Below, in pieces: positions 57,172-64,000 of a stretch of DNA of 64,000 bases. A program made the translations under genes and the position numbers. The notes under the pieces are model-generated. The model was not told the DNA's origin and made no database searches. It saw nothing but the letters and a program-made list of their open reading frames with translations. The first letter of the stretch is position 1. Each line of letters begins with the position of its first letter. The stretch is taken from sequence record NZ_CP013482.1. One strand, written 5' to 3'. This DNA is from a plasmid.

Positions 57172-59139
57172 TTAAGGACGGCCGGTAATGATGGCCTCTA
57201 ACTCCCCCGGTCGGCTCCGTCGGTACAGTTGATAGTAGTGGGCTCCGCCCTCAAGATTCAGGTGAGTGGTGTCGTTGCTTCTGTAAAGCGGGATGTTTCC
57301 GGCGGCCGTGGCACACATCCCATTACTACATGCGGCACCATACGTGTGCATCACTTTCACCGCCGGCAGGCGGGCCGCCAAATTCCCTACAACCTCATGA
57401 TTCGCCGCCTCAACGCCGGCCGCCGACTGGCGGCTGAATTCGCACGATCGAGCGAACGGTGACCACCTCAATCCGTTGTACAACGGACAGTTGATGAGCC
57501 CGTCAGGCATGGGGGGAACATCATCAAGGATGACGACTTGCTTGCCGGCGTCGAGCAGCGCCTTCGCCGTGCGGTAGAGATCCTCGTCAATCTGCTCTGG
57601 GCCAAACCCTCGCTCGTTACGCTTCACGTTTGACGGCGCTACGTACGCCCCCCATGTACCCGATAGGAAAACAACTTCAATGTCGCTGCTTTTCAGCAGA
57701 TAGTTCATGACCAGTCGATCATGTTCGCGGCATGGTTCATCCATATTCGGCCGCGTGCCGATCGGAGGATCCGCGACCGGAGGGCAGAGCGGCCGCGCCA
57801 TGTCGTGAACACTTAACCCGAACTCGTTGCCCAACTCCCGGAAGAAGTACACGAAGTGATAGGCGTGAGAGTCGCCCCACAGGACGGCCTTTCTTCCGCC
57901 TGGCGCCCCGACAGAACATTTCGCTTCCGACGTAACCCCTACAGCCCCCCAGCACAGTGCCCCTCGTCCCTGCATCCAGTCACGGTCGGTCGACGCGGTA
58001 TAGATTTCTCGAAATTGCTGGGGATACATGAACAGAAAGTTTGTGGACGTTCTTCCCACCGCCACAGTAGAAGCAGCAAGTGCGATCGGTGCCAGGATGT
58101 AACCGATCACGGCTCTCCTAAAGCTCACTCGCGCATAGCGCAACGGCTGCTCGACATACCGATGGGAAAGCGCAGCAACAACGAAACTCAACGCTACCGC
58201 GCAGACGATCGCGACGTCGCTCGTCAGCCCGAACCGCCGAAACGCAAAAAGTATCGGCCAGTGCCAGAGATAGATGCCATACGACCGGAGGCCGATCCAG
58301 AGCGCAACGCGATTTCCAAGCACTGCACGGATCACTTTCGAGTCGTGTCCCGAAAGAATCAGCAGAGCAGCGGGCACCGTCGGGGCGAGCGCCCAAACTC
58401 CAGGGAACGGCTTTCCGCCAATAAAAGTGGCGCATGCCAGCACGCCAATAAGCGAGAGAACGGCTAAGAGTCCACGAGCGGTTCGCGCGCTATTCCACTG
58501 GCCTAGAAACGCAACTACAACGCCCAAGATGAACTCGAACGCACGATACTGGCTGAAGTAGTAAGCCCCTGGCGCTCCCGCGCGGACTGCCATCTCTGAC
58601 CAAGCCAGAGACGCAAGCCCGAGTGCAATGAACGAAGCAATTTTGACGCGTGCTCGCGCATGACGAAGCCCAAACAACACCAGCGGAAACACCAGATAGA
58701 ATTGCTCTTCGACCGAGAGAGACCATGTGTGAAGTAGCGGCTGTTGCTCCGCCGTCGGTGCGAAGTAGCCCGTCATCTTCGCCAGGTAGACATTCGATGC
58801 GAAGCCCGCGACGTAGGCCATGTTCTTGGCAACCTCCATCGCGTCGTCCGGGATGAGAAACACCACGCTGAAAGCGAAGGTGACTGCCATCATCACGAAC
58901 AATGCCGGAACTAACCGTTTCGCACGGCGCACGTAGAAGTCGCGGAAGCGGAAGTTCCCCGCCGCTTGAGCACTACAGATGCTCCGGGTGACGACGAATC
59001 CAGAGATTACGAAAAAGATATCGACCCCAACGAAGCCACCGGCGAGTTGGCTAACCCCAGCATGGCAGGCTACGACGAGAAGCACGGCGAGCGCGCGGAG
59101 GCCGTCCACGTCGGGACGATAGTTTTTATTGCTGGTCAT
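57172..59139 (-). CDS. Acyltransferase-3 family O-acyltransferase with C-terminal SGNH-like domain (OafA/OatA type)
   Basis: N-terminus DGLRALAVLLVVACH; ~10 TM helices then a soluble domain; 655 aa. Confidence 0.8.
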   Translation of the reverse strand: MTSNKNYRPDVDGLRALAVLLVVACHAGVSQLAGGFVGVDIFFVISGFVVTRSICSAQAAGNFRFRDFYVRRAKRLVPALFVMMAVTFAFSVVFLIPDDAMEVAKNMAYVAGFASNVYLAKMTGYFAPTAEQQPLLHTWSLSVEEQFYLVFPLVLFGLRHARARVKIASFIALGLASLAWSEMAVRAGAPGAYYFSQYRAFEFILGVVVAFLGQWNSARTARGLLAVLSLIGVLACATFIGGKPFPGVWALAPTVPAALLILSGHDSKVIRAVLGNRVALWIGLRSYGIYLWHWPILFAFRRFGLTSDVAIVCAVALSFVVAALSHRYVEQPLRYARVSFRRAVIGYILAPIALAASTVAVGRTSTNFLFMYPQQFREIYTASTDRDWMQGRGALCWGAVGVTSEAKCSVGAPGGRKAVLWGDSHAYHFVYFFRELGNEFGLSVHDMARPLCPPVADPPIGTRPNMDEPCREHDRLVMNYLLKSSDIEVVFLSGTWGAYVAPSNVKRNERGFGPEQIDEDLYRTAKALLDAGKQVVILDDVPPMPDGLINCPLYNGLRWSPFARSCEFSRQSAAGVEAANHEVVGNLAARLPAVKVMHTYGAACSNGMCATAAGNIPLYRSNDTTHLNLEGGAHYYQLYRRSRPGELEAIITGRP

Positions 59140-59246
59140 TCACGTGCTTCGCTCACCGATGGAGAGCGACCCCGAAATATTTTTGAAGAAGTGCGGTTAG
59201 AGAAATGCGAGCGGGCGGCGGGCGTTTCTATCACCCTCACGGCGGG

Positions 59247-59953
59247 TCAGATCCGCGTCGCAAGCCAAACCACAGGATCAGAACCGGAAATCAACAGAAA
59301 CAGCCCCGCACCCGACAGAAACGGGCCAAAAGGCAACACGTCTTCCGCGCGACTACCCCATCTAATCACCGCGAGGAATAAGCCCGTCGCGGCCGCAATC
59401 AGGAGCATTGACGGAACTGAGGCGACGCCCATCCACGCGCCTATACCGGCGGCCAGTTTAAAGTCGCCCTGCCCCATGCCGTCCTCGCCTTTGCGGATCC
59501 GCCGGAATGCATTTACCGCCCAGAGCGCAGCAAAAGCCGCTGTCGCGCCGGCGACCGACTCGGCTACAGACGTGCGCCACCCCATCCAATTCGCAAAATT
59601 CCGACGCCAATCAACGGGAGGGTGATGACGTCGGGAAGCATGAGTGTTTGGTAGTCGACGAGGGCAAGCAGGGTCAGCAACCATGCCAGAGTTGCCCCCA
59701 CGACGACGATGCCCGCACTCTGACTTCTAGCCGTCAGAGCCGCACATATCGCGGCAAACGCTAAGGTGACGGCCGCTTTTGTACTTGCTTGGTACGCAAC
59801 CCCCTCATCGCACTCGTTCTCGCATGCGAGAACCATTGCCGCTCGCGACGCCGCAGGGAAAAGGAGCGCCCCTGCGCAAAGCCCCGCAGCGCCACTCAGC
59901 ACCAGGCTCAACAGGTTCATGACTGCGCTGTCCTGCTCCGTCCGTGCCACCAC
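59247..59953 (-). pseudogene. Type IV prepilin peptidase (A24 family) split by a frameshift near 59564..59684
   Basis: N-part LVDYQTLMLPDVITLPL in ORF 59564..59953; C-part GQGDFKLAAGIGAWMG in ORF 59247..59684. Confidence 0.55.
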
Positions 59954-60306
59954 TCAGCGGCGCCGAGAATCGCAACGTATCCAAGAACCGTTTGCGGGAT
60001 GAGAATCCATGCGGCGGCGACTTGCCTGAGCAACATGTCCACGGCCCGGTTGTAAGGCAGCCCGAGGGTTCGATTGCCGAAAACGTAGGTGAAATAAATC
60101 AGAAACAATGCGGCCACGACGAAAAGCACGCCTTTAACCCGCAAACCGCGATAGCCCAGGAATGCCCCAATAAAATAAATCGGTAGCGAGAGGCACCAGT
60201 CGGTCAACGAGGACGTGTAACCCATCACGACATAGGCGAGATGCCCAAAGGCCGCACCAAGGACCGTCAGGGCAAACGCCTGACGGGGCAAGCTTGAGGT
60301 GTTCAT
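59917..60306 (-). CDS. Membrane protein, 129 aa
   Basis: Four hydrophobic helices. Confidence 0.4.
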   Translation of the reverse strand: MNTSSLPRQAFALTVLGAAFGHLAYVVMGYTSSLTDWCLSLPIYFIGAFLGYRGLRVKGVLFVVAALFLIYFTYVFGNRTLGLPYNRAVDMLLRQVAAAWILIPQTVLGYVAILGAAEWWHGRSRTAQS

Positions 60307-60593
60307 CGTGACTTCTTCCGCCGGCGTTCCGCCTGGTCGATAAGAGCTTTCTCGATTGCCGCTCGCTCTGAGCGGTCATCTTCCGCCAGATAAATCAACG
60401 CTTGGTTGGCCTCCGCGCAGAGGCGTACTCGACTGAGTTCACGTCCGCCTTCGGCTTCGAGTTGCTCCTTTAGCCGACGCGTACGGACAGTGGAAATTTC
60501 CCGCGGTCGCGGGGTGTCCACTCTCGGCCGTCCGCGGCCTCGCGGCTTTTCCACGGCCTGCTGTGTTGAAGTTTCGGCTTTGCTCTTCATCAT
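60303..60593 (-). CDS. Small AT-hook (PRGRGRPR) plus RHH-like DNA-binding protein
   Basis: Paralog-like to 45876..46121. Confidence 0.45.
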   Translation of the reverse strand: MMKSKAETSTQQAVEKPRGRGRPRVDTPRPREISTVRTRRLKEQLEAEGGRELSRVRLCAEANQALIYLAEDDRSERAAIEKALIDQAERRRKKSR

Positions 60594-60805
60594 CGACCTT
60601 CAATTTCCTTGCGCTTCAACGCGCGAAACCGGATCCATACCACCGTCACGAACAAGGCGATCGCAAGTGACGGCAATGCGGGGGGAAGAACTCGTTCACG
60701 GTCTGCGCCAGCCCAAACGCCGAAGCCAAGCAGAACAACCGGCATGCTCCACGCAATGAATGTCCAGCGCCCCCCAAAATCGGCCGAACCTCAGAATAAC
60801 GCTAT

Positions 60806-61174
60806 TCATTTCCCCACCTTCTCCCTGCCGTTTTGCGGGCCATCGCTGCGTAGCTTGTCCGCCACCGCGTTACGCGCCGTCTCGTAGTCGAGATTCTCGT
60901 CAGGTGACTTCGTCACGTACGTCCCCCTGTCATCCATAATTGCCATGAAGATGTTATGCGACGCACTCTGCCGGATCTTCCCGTCTGTCATGGCATCTGC
61001 GATGACCTGACGGGCGGCGCGGCTATCAGGCCAGTTGTTTGCGATGTTTGTGTACTGCCAGGCAGGGATTTCTTTCGCGGATTCCCACGCCCCAAGGGCA
61101 CCGCCAGCCACTGCGCACAGGACCGGAACCACGATGTACGGTGCAATAAAACGCGTCGTTTTTGATAGTTTCAT
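60806..61174 (-). CDS. Membrane-anchored hypothetical protein spanning the linearisation point
   Basis: MKLSKTTRFIAPYIVVPVLCAVAGG; its 5' end is also present at window positions 1..28. Confidence 0.45.
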   Translation of the reverse strand: MKLSKTTRFIAPYIVVPVLCAVAGGALGAWESAKEIPAWQYTNIANNWPDSRAARQVIADAMTDGKIRQSASHNIFMAIMDDRGTYVTKSPDENLDYETARNAVADKLRSDGPQNGREKVGK

Positions 61175-64000
61175 CTCGATTTTTCTGTTGCATTGAGCGA
61201 TCACTTCACGGCAGGAGGGCTTTAACCGTCGTCCGTGATATTTCGTTACTTGCCTGGAGCCAACGGATCGTTATCAAAGACGAGCGTTTTTCCGAGTAGT
61301 TAGCGCCCACGGTTCGCCAGAACATCCAGCAAATGTTGCCCCATGATGTCCGTCATCCAGGGGGCGAATATTAAATAAACGAACGTGGCGAATCCGAGCA
61401 CAATACTGCCGCTGCGAATCGCTTCGCAACAAACCAACGTCTCGTCGTGACTTGTTCCATGTGATATTTCCGTAGTTACGCCGACTTGTCGCAGGTGATG
61501 GTCTTGGCGAGCCAGCCATGTCGATTCGCGAGCGCACGCTTCACGAGTTCAACCGTGCACGCTCCCCCGCTGAAAGTCGTCTTGACGTGAGCAACCTCGC
61601 CCACAAACTTCCGGCTCCTCGTTCACATGAACCGGATCGATTTGTACGCCTTCCCGACTGCCTCGGCGGCAGCAAATCGTGCTGCAAGCAACGATCCCGG
61701 TTGAGCGTGTTCGCCGCAAGCACTAAGCAGCGCAGAGGCGGCCAAGTAGACGGTCCATTTCGTGACGGAGCCCATCCATTCGCGTCCGAGTTTTTGGTGT
61801 GGTCATGTAATCTCCGATTAGTGGTTGTTGCACGCCACACGCTTCTTCAGAAACGCCCAGAGGCCCCCGCAAAGAGAAGGCAAATCACACCCAAAACAGC
61901 GAACCACCAATTGCTCTCGCCTTCCATTGCGCTCGCTAGCCTGTCTCCCGCACGAACGAGGGTTGAAACCCCTCCCAGCAACATTTGCTACGGCGGAATA
62001 TTTCATTTACTCGGCAAGGTCGTAGTCGGCACTGGTCGGCCAATTAACGCCATCGAGGGCGCGAAGGGGACTCTTGAATGCGGGCCTGCGCCTGGAGCAA
62101 CTTGTCGCGCAACTCGTAAGGGTTGTGGTGAACTCCATAGCCGTTCTTTCTCACCGAACCTGACAAGGCGTTGTACGCAGCTTGCCAAGCCTTCTCGGCG
62201 GCGTCACAACCCTTCTCAGCCGCATTCAGCTTTGCCTTCGCTTGTTGCTTCGTAGTCATGTTCTGTCCTTTCGTCAATTCCGTCCGCGCCGACTTGGAAG
62301 GTCATTCATCGGCGGTCATCAGTGGAACCACCGCCGTGACGAAACCCATCATGCACGCGCCCAAGAGGCCAACAGGGAAGTCACTGCGGTCATAGCGCAA
62401 GCTTTGCCTGAATGTTGTCTCGACCGAGCGAATCCAGCATCGCCCATACCGCGCAATTCGCCGGCAACGCGACAACAAGAACAAGCAGCATGCAACGAAA
62501 TCGCGAAGCGAGATTGCCACACACCAGTTCAGCTTTGTGGCGACACAACCACTCCACACAGCTCCGAGAGAGGATGCCCAAACCATGAGAATCGCTGGCC
62601 ACGCCGTTGAGTAACCTCCGGTCAAAAGTTCGTGCCATCCGTACCACACCCACCCGAATACACTCCCTCCCTTGAGGGCCAATGCAACCAACAGGATGGC
62701 ACCCGCGACGCCCAATGCAATGCTACGTCCGCAATCGACCATCGCTGCCCGTACAGTCTGAACATGGTTCACCATCTTCTGCACCTCTCACTCATCTCAA
62801 GCCCAGCTAACCGCCGTACTGACGAGCCCGATGGCAAACGCCACGAGCGCGATGACAATGGCACCTAACGCAAAACCTCTCATGACTATTCTCTATTGTG
62901 AAATGGGTTATTCGGCCGACAGGAGACCTAGCTTTATGAGGCGTGCTCGAATTGCCCCTCTGGTTCGACCGAACTGACTTCCAAGGGCGGTCAACCGGCC
63001 ATTGCTATACGGGAGCGCAGCATTTTCCTACCGATCGTACTTCGCGAGAAGACGCTTAGCGTCCTCTTCGTCTCCGGGAATCGGCTGACCCGAGCCGAGC
63101 CGATCTTCAAGTGCGCGAGCGAGTGACCAGTCCGTTCCGCGATCGCCCTTGTCTTCCAGTTCGTGGTGCAGATACGCCAGTCGATTCGCAAGGCGAGTCG
63201 TACGGGCGAATTCAATTTCTTTCGCGAAATGCACACCGTCGGAGTGAGCAATGGAACCGCCTTCGGTCAACGCTACGGTGTTCGCCTCAGCCCCTTCGCT
63301 CGAGTCCGATACGATCAGGGCCAGCGCGTCCCCCTGGGGGAGCTACTCACAGAGATGTCCGTGTGCAGGCCAAGGGCTTTCAATTTCTGTGCTGCTTCAC
63401 GGAGGATCCCCGTGGCGGCTTCGTTGTCGAAAATGCTCATGTTTTGTCTTATCCTTTGTGCCGGTCAGTCCGGCGATTTTTTCCTGTTTAGCGTGCAGAC
63501 GGATGCGCCGCGATGTCGGCAGACACTTCGGTCCACTCAACGACGTACCCTGGAATCTTCCCAGCTTCGTCTCGGCTCTCAGGCTTGTAGACGTGCGTAC
63601 CGTCCCTCAGCCTCTCCGCGTACATGCAGGCAGCAGCTCGCGTGCGAAGAGATCCGATCGACTGCCAATGCCCGCCATCGCCAGTGGCCGGAACTCGTAG
63701 AATTGCGTCCTGCCTATCTCGCGCATCGGTACTTGGCAATGCCAAGCTCCGTCGAACCACTCCATTCTGACGATGTCGCTCTCCCACAGGCCGGGGACAG
63801 CTTTGCCGTCCGAGCCCTTAGAGCGCTTCAACGCGCGCATGGATTCTGGTTGGATACGCATGAATTCCCCGATTCGTTTAGCTGGCGAAAAAGAACTCGC
63901 GAGCGCAGAGAGTGTCCAGCGACTCATCGAGTACCGCACTTGCCGCTTCGTGCGAGTGTCGGCCATTGGGCCAAACGGTGTCAGGACCGGCGAGAATGCC
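61146..64000. repeat. Terminal overlap copy B; ORFs are more fragmented here, so probably the error-rich copy
   Basis: Same gene order as 1..2857; homopolymer-length differences break the lipoprotein and membrane-protein ORFs. Confidence 0.9.

Noticed and set aside
61146-64000. Second set of gene calls in the terminal overlap
   Set aside because: Duplicate of 1..2857 from linearising a circle; indels there are most likely sequencing errors, so the genes are not listed again.

Overview
This window is a complete, roughly 61.1 kb circular conjugative plasmid with IncP-1 (RK2/RP4) architecture, from a high-GC proteobacterial host. It has been linearised with a ~2.85 kb terminal overlap: positions 1..2857 correspond to 61146..64000, and the two copies differ by many 1-bp indels, so one copy carries sequencing errors. 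The backbone is readable from sequence. Moving leftwards on the minus strand, the Tra1 region runs traC (an ArdC-primase fusion), traD-like, traE (topoisomerase III), traF, traG, traI (with a nested traH-like ORF) and traJ. It is followed by an RP4-like oriT with a 19-bp inverted repeat and an ATCCTG|C nic site, then traK, traL and traM. The central control region carries korA nested in incC, then korB, and kle/klc-like genes driven by two consensus promoters that share a new 19-bp palindromic operator. Nine KorB operators (TTTAGCSGCTAAA) and several KorA operators (GTTTAGCTAAAC) sit in RK2-like positions. An iteron-type oriV (7 copies of GTGGSYRATATGCCG plus DnaA boxes) lies next to a ssb-trfA operon, divergent from trbA and followed by trbB-trbP without a trbK at the usual site. 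The cargo comprises a VbhT/VbhA-like Fic toxin-antitoxin pair in the leading region beside traM, and a 1554-aa inverse autotransporter (intimin/invasin type) with tandem Big_1 repeats directly after trbP. It also includes a cobalamin riboswitch with btuB, a resolvase with an H-NS-like protein, vapBC, and a tightly packed 11-gene operon of unknown function. Further cargo is an acyltransferase-3/SGNH gene, a frameshifted prepilin peptidase, and a tyrosine recombinase with an HTH partner. Calls are from sequence and motif memory only; no searches were run.
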